Origin: Callorhinchus milii
Taxonomy: Eukaryota
Assembly (NCBI RefSeq): GCF_018977255.1
Contig: NW_024704742.1
Span: 71,860,001-71,924,000, forward strand
Direction of reading: 5' to 3'
DNA length: 64,000 bases
A program made the position numbers and the translations under genes. Shown in pieces: positions 22,336 to 36,060 of the stretch. The stretch's first letter is position 1. Each line of letters starts with the position of its first letter. The notes beneath the pieces are model-generated. The model was not told the DNA's origin, ran no database searches, and worked only from the letters and a program-made list of their open reading frames with translations.

Positions 22336-23059
22336 GACTGGAGGCAGATTGCGGGTGTCCAGCAGTTAAGAGCTTTGAAGAGTTTAGAACCATGAATGGG
22401 GTTTACAGCCTTGTGGGGAAAGCAGTGTTTACAGCCAAGGGCACAACCACACCTGCAGCGCCTTCCGCACCCAGCACACATGTTTACATTCTTCTAATTC
22501 GCGGCTCTAGTGTTGGGCCCCAGACCTGACACCTGATCCCCTCCGCACCTGAGTGCTGCCTTTAGCCTCTCCCTGGAGTCACGAAGGGGGTGGCCTGGTG
22601 GGGGGGAGGGGCACACAGCAGCTGCACCACAGGTCAGCCACACACCCGGCTTCCATTCAAATGCCCCCGGAAACTTGGTGGGAATGATCGTCTGCGGAGG
22701 AGTGGACCAGCGTGGCATATGTAATACGAGTCCCATAGGCTAGTCAGTGAGAGAAAGGAATGAACAACAACAAATTACATTTATAATTCATTTATGCCTT
22801 TCACATCGGAAGGAAGTCTCAAGGTGCTGGGACTTGAAGGATACAATATAAATGTGTAAGGTATAATGACTGTGTAATGACTTTTTTAGGTTCTCACTGA
22901 GACTTCTCTGTAGGCTGAGAACCCTGGCTTGTGTAACTGTTGCTCACAGTTCATCTCTCTGGTACTGGAGAGCAGTCCTTCCTGTTGGTCCCTTTGCACC
23001 ATAATGAGGAATGAGGAACTCAACAGTGCTTATCTGGGCCCAAGCAATCAATGTCCTCA

Positions 23060-23400
23060 GTAACTTAGTAAATGGTTAGAGCACTCGCCTTGCAAGTAAG
23101 AGGACTAGAGTTCTATTCCCGGGCAGGGCGAAACTTTAGGTAAGTCTCCTTACTCCACACGCCTCTATTTACCTAGCAGTAAGTAAGAATCATGTTGTTA
23201 GGCGATTGGCGGATCGCTTTCCGAGGACAATGATAAAAAGTTTCGTCACTCAATCCATGACTGTTTGTGTGATACTGCTGTGTGCAATTGTCTGCTGCAT
23301 TTCACTCACAAATACATAATCCATTTTACAATTTATTCTGTGAAGCGCTTTGAGACATCTCAATGACGTGATAAGGTACTATAACAAATGCAAGGATTTT
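23060..23400 (+). mobile_element. SINE family A, near full length
   Basis: Head, body and tail present. Confidence 0.87.
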
Positions 23401-24044
23401 GCTTATAACATCTTATACAACTCTATAAGATCCTCACTGAGATCTCTCCCTCTACGCTGATGAGCCTTGGCTTGTGAAACCGTTGCTCACAATTCATCTC
23501 CCTGGGAAGCAGTCTTGTGCTGTCCTTTGCAACTTAAGTCCCGTGTAGCACTGGTCAGACACTCTCTCTCTGTGAGCTCTGATGTACCGAGGCTTTCAAA
23601 GTCAATCTTGTCAATCGGTCTCGGAGCTGAACAAATGTTGCTGGGGTCCCAGCTGGGGAGGCATAGGAAGCCAGTGAAGACCTGTGGAGCTTAAGGCATT
23701 GTCAAGCTCCTGGGCGAGAGACACCACTGTTAGGGAAACAGATGCCTGATTTGTCGCTGCTAATCACTTCTCTCCCTCATAGGGGAAGGTGTGAAGAGGA
23801 ATTTGCAGGGTGATCGCTGGGACAGGCATACAGCCAGTTCTCTAATGATGCCTCAGGGGCTGGACAGGGCCCAGCTGAACTCTATGCAGAGTGGGGGGAG
23901 GGGTAGGGGGAATGACAATTAAAGGAAAGAGAGTGGGCGGGGGAATATAGATCTTCCTGCAAATGGCTGTCCAAATAATAATAATAATACTTAAATTTGA
24001 TATAGTGCTTTATCAGGTTGTTGAGACATTTCAAAGCAAAACAA

Positions 24045-24796
24045 AATAATTTCTATTTTCTGAATGGTGAGAAACTAAGGACGGTGGTGAAGTAAAGGGA
24101 TTTGTGTGTCCACGTATACAAATCACTAAAAACAAGCTCACAGATACAAAAAGTTATCAAAAAGGCTGATGGGATGTTGGTCTTTATCTCAAGGGGGCGA
24201 GAATATGAAGGAGAGGAAATGATGCTTCAACTATACAGAGCCTTGGTCAGACCCTATCTGGAGTACTGCGTTTTGGGCATCGCACCTCAGTAGGATGTAT
24301 TGGTTCTGGAGGGGGTGCAGCGCAGATTCACAGAATGATACCAGGACTAAAAGAGTTAAATTATAAGGACAGTTTGCATAAACTTGGTCTCTATTCCCTT
24401 GAGATTAGAAGATTGAGGGGTGATCTCATTGAGGATTTTAAAATGTTAAAGGGATTTGATAAGGTAGCTACAGAGAAACTATTTCCTTTGGTGGGGAATC
24501 TGGAACAAGGGGGAATCATCTTAAAGTTAGAGCTAAGCCATTCAGGAGTAAAATCAGGAGGCAGTTTTTCACCCAAAATCTAGTGGAAATCTGGAACTTT
24601 CTCCCCCAAAGGGCTGTGGATGCTGGATCAATTCAAATTTTCAAGACTGATGTGAATAGATGTTTGTTAGGTCAGGGTATCAAGGGATATGGGGCAAAGG
24701 CAGGTAATTGGAGTTGAGGTACAGATCAGCCGTGATCTTATAGAATGATGGAATAGTCTCAAGGGGCTGAATGGCCTACTCCTGTTCCTATGTTCA
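24045..24796 (+). mobile_element. CR1-clade LINE 3' fragment
   Basis: Encodes MLQLYRALVRPYLEYCV and LGLYSLEIRRLRGDLIE. The 3' end reads gggctgaatggcctactcctgttcctatgttc. Confidence 0.92.
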
Positions 24797-25132
24797 CAGG
24801 ATACTGTAAAGTGGATTGACTGTGTATTTTGTGGATGAAACTCGGCAGTCAGTTGTGCACAGCAGTGTCCGACAAACATTTTTTACTAGCTTCTGGTATC
24901 CAGTCTGTGTCCCCTTTTCCTGTGATGGTGAATCACTTGCTCTAAGTTTGGGCATGAAGTCTTGTATTAAAACACATTGTTATAATAATAAATCCTTGCA
25001 TTTGATACAGCGCCTTTCATGTCAGGAGAATATTTCTGGTTTCACTATCAAGTGTAGTGACTGTGTTTTTCATAGTTAAATGCGTCAGTCAATTTGCCCA
25101 GAGCCATCCTACAAACAGCCATGAAGTGAATA

Positions 25133-26490
25133 ACAACAACAACAACTTGCATTTTACATAGCACTCTCCACACAGGGTAGCATCTCAGAGCGCTTAACAG
25201 TGGCAGAGCCTGACTCTAAGCCAGAGGGGGGAGGGGGAGGTGGCCATAAGAACGATAGAAGAGGAAGGTTTTCAGGCAGGACTTGAAAAAGGGGAGAGAG
25301 GGGGCAAGGCGGAGGGATTGAGGAAAAGTGTTCCAGAGTTTCAGGGTGTAGTGGCTGAAAGTGTGACCTCCGATGGTGGGGCGGAGGGTGCAAGGGACGA
25401 GTAGGAGGCAGATGCCAGTCAAGTGGAAGCGCAGGGTGGTAGATTGAGGAATGAGGAGGTCGGCGAGTTTGGGAGGTAACAGGGAGTGAAGTGATTTGAA
25501 TACGAGTGCGAGGACCTTGAAGTCGATCCATTCGTTGATGGGGAGCCAGTGGAGCCTGGCTAGAACTGGTGAGATGTGGGTACGGAGGTTGGTCGGGTCA
25601 GTATGAGGGCAGCAGAGTTTGAATGATCTGGATCTTTTGAATGGTGCAGCTGGGGAGACTAGTGAGGAGTGCGTTGGAGTAATCCAGGCGGGAGGTGACA
25701 AATGTGTGCATGAGGGTTTTGGCTGCATTTGGGGAAAGGTACGGTCGGAGGCGGGCAATGTGGCGGGGGTGGAAGAAGGCGGTCCTGGTCAGGGACCGGA
25801 TGTGAGGGGGGAAGGACAGCTGGGGGTCGAACCGGACGCCTAAATTACACACTGGTTCAGTGAGTCTGAAGGAGAGCCCAGGGAGGTTGAGTTCAGTTCC
25901 ACAGAAGTGAAGATATTGACGGGAGGCAAGGAGTATGGCTTCCGCCTTGTCCACATTCAGCTGCAGGACATTTGGACTCATTTAGGCCCTGATGTCTGCC
26001 AGACAAGCTGATAGAATATCGGCAGACCTGGAGTTGGTACTGGAGGAGGCAAAGTAGATTTGTGTGTCATCCGCATACATGTGGAAGTTTACCCCGGGTC
26101 AGCGGATGATATCGCCCAGAGGGAGCGTATGGATAAGGAAAAGAGGGCCAAGGATGGGGTACCCTGCAGTTGACCGGGTGGGAGCGGGAGGAGAAACCAT
26201 TTGCTGAAATGAAATGGAGGTGGTTGGTTAAGTAGGACTCGAACCATGTGAGTACGGTCCCACTAAAGTGGATGAGGGAGGGAAGGTAGTGGAGGAGGAT
26301 GGCGTGGTCGACTGTGTTGAACACTGCAAAGAGATCCAGGAGGACGAGGAGGCAGAGAGAGCCCTGGTCACAAATAGAGAGGACGTTGTTTGTGACTTTG
26401 ACATGCGCTGTCTCTGTGCTGTGGGTAGGGCAAAAACCAGACTGCAGGGGCTCGAGGAGGGAGTGGAGGGAGAGGTGTGACTGAAGTTCA
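25133..26490 (-). mobile_element. L2 LINE 3' ~1.35 kb with RT remnants
   Basis: Encodes LEPLQSGF..HSTETA, FVTSRLDYSNALL and LHWLPI..IDFKVL, with a (CAA)n tail. Confidence 0.9.
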
Positions 26491-26861
26491 CCTGCCACAA
26501 GGCAACAGTACCCCAGAATAATCAATTTTATCTGGGGTATTGTTGACTAGGACACCAGGAAAGACAAACTCCTTTCTCTTTTTCAATAGTGCCACAAGAT
26601 CTTTAATGTCCACCTGAACAGGCAAACAGTTTAACGTCTAATCCAAAGGACGATCTGAGACCCCAACTGCATTTGAGAGAATGGTGTAAATGCTTAGTAC
26701 CATAGAAATATGGTGCGCAATTGGCTGCCGCGTTTTGCCCATAAATATACAGTCAATTCACTTTACAGCATATTCTGTGAAGTGCTTTGAGACATCGAGG
26801 AGATGTGAAAAGCGCTATATCAAATACAAGGATTATTATTATTATAGAAATAGCATTGCAT

Positions 26862-27690
26862 AGAACCATAGAAATTCACAGCACAGGAGGCAGCCATTCG
26901 GCCCATCATGTTTGTACCACGCCCTCGAGAACCATCCTTTCAGTCCCATTTCCCTATCCTTTTCGCCACACCCCTGCAGCTGATTCTTTTTTATGTATTT
27001 GTCTAGTTCCCTTTTTGAAAGGTAATGTGGATTGTGCCTCAATCACCGCTCCTACCAGAGGATTCTATATCCCAACTTCTCCATTTGCTTCTTTACTAAC
27101 CATCTTACATCATATGATTTGAGTCACTGACTCACTGACCAGTGGAGATAATGTCTCCCCATTGTCTCTATCTAAACTCCTTATCATTTAAAGACCTCGA
27201 TGTGCTAACGGAAAGATTCCCAGTTTTTCCAGTTTCCACTCATAAGCCAAACCTCTCATCCCCGGTATTATCCTAGTAAATCTCTGCATCCTCACCTTGA
27301 TATTTTTCCTAAAGTGGGGTGACCGAAACTGGATGCAATATTCTAGCTTCTGTTTAACTAACGATTTCTATAAATTTAGCATTACCTCTTTGCTTTTATA
27401 TTCTATATAAATGGAGTAGAATAGAGAGCTCCATTGGAGTGAGGAGCTTTTATATTCTATGGTCACCTTCCTCCCCCTCCCTGGCTCGGCCCCGGGATCC
27501 GTTACTGTGAAGCGCTCTGAGACGCCGTCCAGCGTGGAGGGTGCCATATAAATCCAAGTTTATGTTGTATATCCCTATTTGTAATTTAGGATTCCATTAG
27601 CTTTTTGACAGCTTTATACACATACCTCCCACCTTAAAGTATTGATGTAGGTTAACCTCTAGGTCCCCTTTACTCCTGCATTCCTTTTGA
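26862..27690 (-). mobile_element. CR1-like LINE 3' fragment, interrupted by a short + strand L2 end (27461-27567)
   Basis: CR1-type tail (atagaaccatagaa...gccattcggcccatc) and gaccgaaactggatgcaatattctag (the RxEYCIQFW region). Confidence 0.75.
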
Positions 27691-28902
27691 GGAAAATGCT
27701 AAGGGAAAGAGCAGGGAATGGGAGTAGAATAGAGAGCTCCATTGGAGTGAGGAGCAGCACAGACACGATCAAGAGAGAGCAGGGAATGGGATTAGACTAG
27801 AAAGCTCTAGTGGGGGAATGAGCATCAGGACAGGCACGATGGGGAGAGCAGGGAATGGGATTAGACTAGAAAGCTCTAGTGGGGGAACGAGCATCAGGAC
27901 AGATGCAGACTGGAATTATCCACTGTCTCTTATTCCTAGTAAGCAGGTATGCACTTTGAGCTGAGAGGGTTAAGGGTGGAACTGATTGAGGTCTTTACTG
28001 TTAACAAGGGTCTCGAGGGGATGAAATAGTGACTGGTTATTCCCGCTGCTTGGCCAGTCAGTCAGACACAGTTTTAGTTCCCTACTCCAGTCCCAATTTC
28101 AACAGTGTTTGATTAATGCTCAGTTGAGGCTGCCCTCATCGTGCTGATCTCATTAGGTCTGAAATTTCTCAATTTTAAATTTGAAATTCAAGGCAACACA
28201 ACTTGCATTTGCACAGCACCTTTCACATCGGAAGGACATCACAAAGTGCTTCACCGAGTTGATGGGGTGAAGGAAGGAGAGAGTGAGTGAGACGCTCCGG
28301 ATTTGTGAAAAATGGCTTAAATTCTGACTTAATTTGGAAGTTTGTTCCCAAAGTTCGCGAAAAACCATCTTCCCGATCTAGACCATTTTGCCAAATTTTT
28401 TATTTGAAGATTAGGGGCTGCAGCTTGAGAATTTCAGCATACGTGAAGGGATTGTTCTGCCTCAGACTGGGAAAGAGGACTGTTTTCCCAGCGCTTGTCA
28501 GCCCGGCAGTGAACAGGCGCTGGATCAAAAGGTTAATCAAGTCAGGATCTGGTGAGTCACCAAATCGCGAGCCGTCTCACAGCACAGCAAGTGCCACATC
28601 TCCACAGGTGTCTGCTCCCTGCACACCGGTGAGTGAGAAAGAATTCACAGCATTATTATTCCCAGTGAGCAGGTTTGCACTTCCTGCTGAGAAAGGTTAA
28701 AGGGCAACCTGATTGGGATCTTCACCATGACACAAGGGCACGAGGGCGTGAAATAGTGACTGGATATTCCCGCTCTCGGCCAGTCAGTCAGTCCCGAGAG
28801 GCACACGTTTAAGGGGTATAAAGGGGAGGTTAGACACCACTGTGTCCACGTAGAGCGGGGTCAGGTGGGGTTCTTTGTCATAACCCACAGCAGAGGTGGA
28901 GT

Positions 28903-29235
28903 GGAGTCCTGTAGTTTAAGGGTTACAGCACTCGCATTGCAAGCGAGAGGACCGAGGTTTGATTCTCAGGCAGGGCAAAACATTGGACAAGTTTCCTGCC
29001 TATACACACCTCTGTTTATTTAGCAGTAAGTAAGAACCCGGTGGCACTTTCTGGGGGTGATAATCCTCCCCCCACCAAAAAACGAAATAAAGAAAATATG
29101 ATCATTTGCGGGACATTGCTGTGCATAATTGGCTGCCACGTTTGCCCACAAAATATAGTCAGTCCATTTCATAATATATTTTGTGAAGCGCTTTAAGACA
29201 TCTCAACAATATCAAATGCAAGGATTATTATATAT
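28903..29235 (+). mobile_element. SINE family A, full length with small deletions
   Basis: Starts ggagtcctgtag and ends aaatgcaaggattatta. Confidence 0.88.
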
Positions 29236-29942
29236 TATTGGGAAAGAGAAAGGAGTCTGGCAAGGACGATCGGTGTGTGAGATGATCAGAATCTGGGTCA
29301 GCACCCTTTATTAACCCAAAGGCACTATCATAATTATAGTAACAATCATCTTTAATCATTTTTGCGTCTGATCTGGTGCCTACAACATCAAAACAATTCA
29401 GAGTGCCTCACAGAAAGTTGCTGTCAGGTGTTGTGTATGTGTTTTTAAGGCAATCGCGAGGTGAAGCGACTTACCTGGAGGATTATGGGAGAGACTTCCG
29501 CAGTCCTGTCTAGCTCCACATTAGCGTCAAAACTCAGATCTGATAAGGAATTTAGGAGTAACTTCTTCACAGAGAGGGATCGAGATTGCAGACTGTGGTT
29601 GAAGCAGAAAGCATGAATTTATTTAAGAGCAAACTTGATCCATTCATGAGGGGTATAGGGGAGGGTGGGTGCTCAGTTGAAACATACATAGTGATACAGC
29701 TCTAAATGGCCTGTCTTTCTCCTGTATCACTGTATTACGCAGTTAGTTCTGGGAAAATCAGAACAATTGATGCTGATTCTTTTCCATTTCCAGGTCTTAG
29801 AAATCCCTCATGCCCTAACACCTTCCTATCTCCGTCCTCCTACCCTACTCCTTTTCTCGCTTGCTCTCTCCTCCGCTAACTCAGGCTTGCTGCCCATCCC
29901 CCACCCTCGCTGTTCTGTCATTTGTGGCCAAGCCTGTAGTCA

Positions 29943-30280
29943 TTAATAATAATTCTTGTATTTGATACAGTGCCTTATTCTGTCACTGAGACATCTCAAA
30001 GCGCTTCACAGAATATATTGTAAAGTGAATTGACTGTATTTTGTGGGCGAAATGCAGCAGCCAATTGCGCACAGCAGCGTCCCACAAACAGTCGTGGATT
30101 GAGTGACCAAATTGTTTTACCGAAATCCAACAATTGACTAACAACCAGGATCCTACTTGCTGCTAGGTAAACAGAGACGGATAGAGTAAGGAAACTTGCC
30201 TAAGTTTTTGCCTTGCCCAGGAATCAAACCCAGGTCCTCTGGTTGCGAGGCGAGCCCTCTAACCACAACGCTACAGGACA
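29943..30280 (-). mobile_element. SINE family A, inserted in an L2 3' fragment
   Basis: The flanks 29790-29940 and 30280-30455 are collinear L2 3' sequence. Confidence 0.82.
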
Positions 30281-33234
30281 ACACCCCCAACTTCTGGAGC
30301 TCCCTCCCTCACCCCCTATCTGTCCTTCAATCCAGTCTTAAAACGTATCTCTTGCCTATGGTCACTCCCTCTCCCCTGTTCGGCAGCTGACCCAGTCTTT
30401 GTCAAGCGCTCATATTATCCTACGTGAGAGGCAGAGCTTAAATGCAAGTTGTTTTAAAGTAAAGCATTGAGTGAGGGACGGAAGATTAACACATCTCTTG
30501 CTTTCTGCCACAATATGTTTCATGTTAATGAGAAGAAGTTGGATTATTGCCAGTCTGACTGCTTTCCATCCACCGCTCAGTGTGCCTGTCAGAGCACTAG
30601 GAGATGTCGGGATGGTGTGGGGGGGTGGCTGTTGACACACTGTTTCTCTCACTCTTGCTGTCTGGCTCTCTCGATCAACGTACATGTACAAAAATCTGGG
30701 CGAGTGTTACTGCACCATGAGATGTCTCTCTGTGGGCCTCATTAACACTGTCGCTCCCGCTCTGTGTGTGTCTGGGTTACAGATCCGCACTGAGGTAGCG
30801 AGTGAGCAGGGGTTCATCAGCGTGGTTCTGAATGAGGCTGGCTGCCGTCCGCTCTCACTGTCCGTGTGTGTGTGTGTATCTGTATGTGTGTTTATTTGTT
30901 TGTTTGTTTATGTGAGACACACTTACACGTTTCCCCTCCCTCGGCTCCCACCCCCAGCTCAGGTGTCCATCCACCACTTTTTAATGCACTATGCGACATC
31001 CTCTCAGTTGAAAGGCGCTGTACAAATGTATATTGTTTTATTGTCAGCGAACTTGTCTTGGTCTCCTCTCTCTTCCTGTGTGTGTGTGTCTCTCTCTGAC
31101 TTTCTCTGCATTTGTCTCTCTCTGACTTTCTTTTTCTCTCCGCGTCTCTGTCTCTTGCCTTGACGTTTACAAGTTGGATTGTTTTCAGTGTATGCTGAGT
31201 GTTGGCATGCATGGTACATCTCCTGGTATGTGTGCAGCACAGGCATCACAGTGTCCCAGTGTGAAGCTGCCCCATTATAGGAACATAGAAACAGTTGGCC
31301 ATTCAGCCCCACTAAAGTCTGTTCCACCATTCTATCAGATCATGGCTAATCTGTACCTCAACTCCATTTACCTGCCTTTGCTCGTATCCCTTGAAACCCT
31401 GACCTAACCAACATCTATCCATCTCAGTCTTGAAAATGTGAATGGATCCAGTATCCATAGCTTTTTGGGGGGAGAATTCCAGATTTCCATTACCCTAGAA
31501 GGGCAGCATTGATCAGTGTTGCAGGGTGCAGCTGCCCCAGTGTAGGAGGATAAAGAAAGTAAGCTTGGAACGACCCTCCAGAAAAGCCAAGGTGTATGAT
31601 GTTGGTGCTGTGTTGAGTGACAGGTCGCTGAGAGTGATAATAATCCTTGCATCTGAAATATGTCTTTCACCCAAGGTGGACATCTCATAGAGCTTCACAC
31701 GATTTACTATAAAGTGTAGTGACTGTGTGTTTTGTAGACAAGTTTGTGCACAGCATTGTCCATCAAACAGCCATGAAATAAATGACCAATTTTCGCTGGG
31801 GAATTGTTTTCCAGGACACGGGAGAAAGAAACACCCTTTTTTTTTTCCAATGTTAAATATTCCACGGGATCTTTAATGTCCACTTCACAGGGCACAGGCC
31901 AGGCCTCAGTTAAATGTCTCATCCGAAGGATGGTGTCTCTGATAATGCAGTGCTCCTCCCATCCCCCAGACAACTATAAAGCATGTATTCAGTGAGTTAG
32001 ACTCAGACAGCCTTGGTTTATTAATCCCAGTTCAAAAGCAAAAAAGTACAATTTTAATAATGTTTCGAAATTCTGCTGCGATCTCTCCTCCGCGACTGTG
32101 TTTACGCTTTTTTCCCTGTCATTAGGGCTTTCTGGAAGGTGATTAGATCTCTAAAACATTTTATAGAGGATAAAACGCTGATTAAGAATTCATTAATACT
32201 GCAAATAGCTGCAAATGCCATCTGGTGTGAGGTTGGGACATATGTGCTGTGCCACACAAGAGGTGTCACTTCCCATAATGCAGCAGCTCAGCTCCCTCCT
32301 TACTTCGGGGCCGTGTCACTTCGCATCAAGACTTCCCTTCTCCGAAGGTAAGAGGCAGCCAAGGTGCGAGTGGCTCTCACAGCTTTTATCAATCACGTCC
32401 CCTATACGTCTGCACAGATCACCTGCTGGGGAGCGGCAGAGCTTCGCACCCTGTGGCTCGAGGGGTGTGTGAACGAGCAAGGCAGTGGCTCAGATGATAA
32501 TAATAATAATCCTTGCATTTTATGTAGCACCTCATCACATCTTCCAGACGCCTCAAAGTGCTTCACAGAATATACTGTAAAGTGAATTGACTATATTTTG
32601 TGGGCGAAATATGGCAGCCAGTGGCGCATTTTTAAAAATAATTGGTTTTAAAGGGATTATTACACCCAGAAAAGCGATCCATCAATTGACTAACAATGTG
32701 CCATCTGCCTGTTTTTTTATAGATACTCACTGCGTTTAACAACAGTGTCCTGTGAACTATCAGATATTGACATCACAGGCTGTTTATCAAATTGCAGGCC
32801 TGTTCTGCTGAAGATATTAAGAGTTTGGGTTAACAATACCTGTGTTTCACCTGGGTCTAAGATCTCCTTGAGCATTGTTTGTGTTCAGTGTGAATATTCC
32901 CAGCTTTGCTGAAGCTGGGAATCAATGCAAGTTGCTGTTAATCCCCACTCCACTACCCGTTGCCTCCGCTTGACTGGCTCTGGCCTCCTGCTTGTCCCTC
33001 GAACCCTCTGTTTCACCATCGGCAGCTAGGCTTTCAGCTACTACAGCCGAGAACTCTCAGCCTCAAACCCCCTCCTTGCCCCCTCCTTCCCCATCTTCAG
33101 ATGGTGACTGAAGACCTTCCTCTTCAACTGTGCGTACTGTCACCTCACCCCAGCTTGGGGTCGTGATCTGCCGCTGTCAAGCACTCTGGGTCGCTATCCT
33201 GTGTGAGGGGCGTTATATAAATGACTATGTGTTT

Positions 33235-33543
33235 TGAGACGTCTCACAGCGCTTCACAGAGTATATTTTGTATATTTTGTGTTCAAAAGACGGTAACCAA
33301 TTGCACACAGCAGTGTCCCACAAACTGTCATGGATTGAGTGACCAAATTATTATTATTATTTTTTTTGAGGAATTATTACCCGCAGAAAAGTGATCCGCC
33401 AATCGACTAACAACCGGGTTCTTGTGCCAGGTAAACAGGTGTTTGGAGTAAGGAAACTTGCCTAACATTTTGCCCCGCCTGGGAATTGAACCCAGGTCCT
33501 CTCGCTTGCACGCGAGCGCTCTAACCACTACACTACAAGTCTC
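33235..33543 (-). mobile_element. SINE family A immediately upstream of the last SFXN5 exon
   Basis: Reverse-complement head ends ~55 nt before the acceptor. Confidence 0.85.
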
Positions 33544-33600
33544 CCAAATTGAGCCAGAAGTTCCTCACTGTTTCTCTCTGTCTCTCTTTTTTCAATCCAG

Positions 33601-33678
33601 ATTGAAACTTCGAAGCTGGAGCCTGAGATTGCGATGGCTACACCCAACCAAACCGTCTTTTATAATAAAGGCTTGTGA
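33601..33678 (+). CDS. SFXN5: SFXN5 terminal coding exon (IETSKLEPEIAMATPNQTVFYNKGL*)
   Basis: Pyrimidine tract + ccag acceptor. Ends in the sideroflexin C-terminal NKGL followed by a stop. Confidence 0.96.
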   Translation: METSKLEPEIAMATPNQTVFYNKGL

Positions 33679-33856
33679 GCAAGCTGGGCTAGACTGAGTT
33701 TAGCTGTGCTGGGGGTTGGGCTGAGCTTGGCTGAAGGCTAGAGAGGGCACAAGAGCAAAGTTCTCAAACATGATTACTGATCAGCAGCGTTGATAATCAT
33801 TTCAGAAGTGAAGTCAAACTCTTGATTGGCTTCTGTCATACAATGACAGTCAAGGT

Positions 33857-33873
33857 ATTAAAATAGAAATAAA
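33857..33873 (+). promoter_or_regulatory. Candidate SFXN5 polyadenylation signals (ATTAAA ~33857, AATAAA 33868-33873)
   Basis: Canonical hexamers about 190 nt after the stop codon. Motif evidence only. Confidence 0.45.
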
Positions 33874-34969
33874 CGCCATTGATTTTTAAGGAGTAAGAGG
33901 GGAGGGGGTCTCACTGTTAGAAACCTATATAAAAAATGCAGCCTTTTCCAGACATTCTGCCCAAAATATAAATTGTGTTGTATTTATAATAATAACCCTT
34001 GTATTTGATATAGCGCCTTATCACGTCTTCGAGACATCTCAAAACGTTTTGCAAAATGTACTGTAAAGCAAATTGACTGTATGTTTTATGTCCCCGTCCG
34101 CATCAGCGGCGGGGTCTGATGTTAAGGAGCTGCCAACAAGAGGAAAGTTAAAGGAAAGGAAGTCTTGTATTTTTACAGTGCCTTATCACATCAGAATGTC
34201 TCAGAACTCTTCATGCTAATCGCTTTCATTTACAGTAGGTGCTTTGTGGAATCCAACTCGGCAGCTGATTTCTGCAGAGTAAGATCCCTCACAGAGCCGT
34301 GAGGGGGTCAGTGCTGATTTATATCTGGGGGCTTGTGGGCCAGGATACCGGAGAAACTGCATTCTCTGCTCCCCAAAGCATGTGATTCTTTGACGTTCGC
34401 CTGAACAGGCATAAATGGGGCCTTGGTTTAACGTCTCATCTGAAGGACGGGGTCTCTTGACAATGTAGTGCTCTCTCTAACACTGAGCTGGAGCGTCAGC
34501 CTGGACTGTGCGCTCAAGAGTCCCCAACGTGGGAGCATGAACTCACAGCCTTCCAACCCAGAGATGAGTGTCCAACCAAAAAGGGCTTTATGATTTGGAA
34601 CACAGGAACATAATATTGTAGTAGACACTGCAACACAGAGAGGGAGAGAGAGAGAGAGAGAGAGCAAGTAACTGAGCTGAGTTTGGGAGGGAATCTCTGA
34701 GGGATGATGTGCGTGTGTAAATGTGCCTCCAATGCCAGGCTCAGGCGCATAGGAACATGGGAATTGCTAAATGATAAAGGTCCATCTAGTTTGCCTTCGA
34801 CCATCCTGGTAGTCACATGCTACAATAATGGTGATGTTGATAGCAATTAATTCTGTAATTCTGCACAATTACCTCAATTACACTGGGTGCTTTGGACATG
34901 GGACTGTGAGAAACACTTTTTATACAATAAATAATGAGCACTGAATTAGCTCAAAGATATCTACTTTGT

Positions 34970-36060
34970 GTGTGTGTGTGTGGAGCCCTGCGTATGTGTC
35001 ATGCTATGTATGTGTGGAGCTCTGTGTATGTGTGTGATGCAGCATATGTGTGGAGCTCTGTGTGTGTGATGCTGTGTATCTGTGGAGCTCTGTGTGATGC
35101 TGTGTATGTGTGGAGCTCTGTGTGTGTGATGCTGTGTATGTGAAGCTCTGTGTGTGATGATGTGTATGTATGGAGTTCTGTGTGTGTGTGTATGTCTGTG
35201 ATGTTGTTATGGATGCACACTCCACCTTACTAAGCCAGTCAAGAACCTTGGGGGTCTTGTTTGACCCTCCTTTCTACCCCACATCCATGCCATGTCCTGT
35301 TCTGCCTTCCCCACCTCTGCAACATCGCCAGGCTCCGACACTGTCTCACACCGCAGGCCGCCGAGACCCTCATACATGCTTTCATAACATCCAAGCTCGA
35401 CTACGCAAACTCCCTGCTTGTTGGCCTCCCCAACTCCCTCCATAGGCTCCAGATCATCCAGAATTCTGCAGCCCAGGTCCTCTCCCGCTCTAGGCTCCGC
35501 AACCCCATCACACCCATCCTCGCCTGACTGCACTGGCTTCCCATCACACAGAGGATACAGTTCAAGATCTTGGTCCTCACCTTCAAGCCCTCCATGGCCT
35601 TGCTCCCCCCTATCTCTGCAACCTTCTAACCCCCTACCAACCTGCCCATTCTCTCCGCTCAGGGCTCTGGCCTGTTTCACATACCCCACCTCACTCGTCC
35701 CACCACTGGTGGGCAGGCCTTCTGCCACTCTGCCCCTACTTTCTGGAACTCCATCCTGCAGTCCCTCTGCATCGCCCCCTCCCTTGCCTTCTTCAAGACC
35801 TGCCTCAAGACCCTCTTTGACCATGCCTTTGATCATCCTCCCTCCCCCACTGCTCTCCATCCTCCCCAATCCTGACCCCCAGCTCGAGTCCGAAACACTG
35901 TCCAGCACCTTGGGACGTCCTCCCGACATGAAAGGCGCTATACAAATATAATTTTGTTGTTGTGATGGTGTGTATGTGTGGAGCTCAGTGTATGTGTAAT
36001 GCTATATTTGTGTGGAGCTCTGTGAGTGTGTATGTGTGAGATGCTGTGTGTGTGTGTGTA
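34970..36060 (+). repeat. ~30-34 bp GT-rich minisatellite (tgtgtggagctctgtgtgtgtgatgctgtgta), split by an L2 insertion at ~35205-35962
   Basis: The same unit occurs on both sides of a + strand L2 3' fragment (AAETLIHAFITSKLDYAN, TTG tail). Confidence 0.85.

Noticed and set aside
30783..31163. Alternative SFXN5 terminal exon (ttacag|IRTEVASEQ...)
   Set aside because: Weak pyrimidine tract, no NKGL end, and it runs into GT repeats. It could be non-coding functional sequence but I cannot support that.
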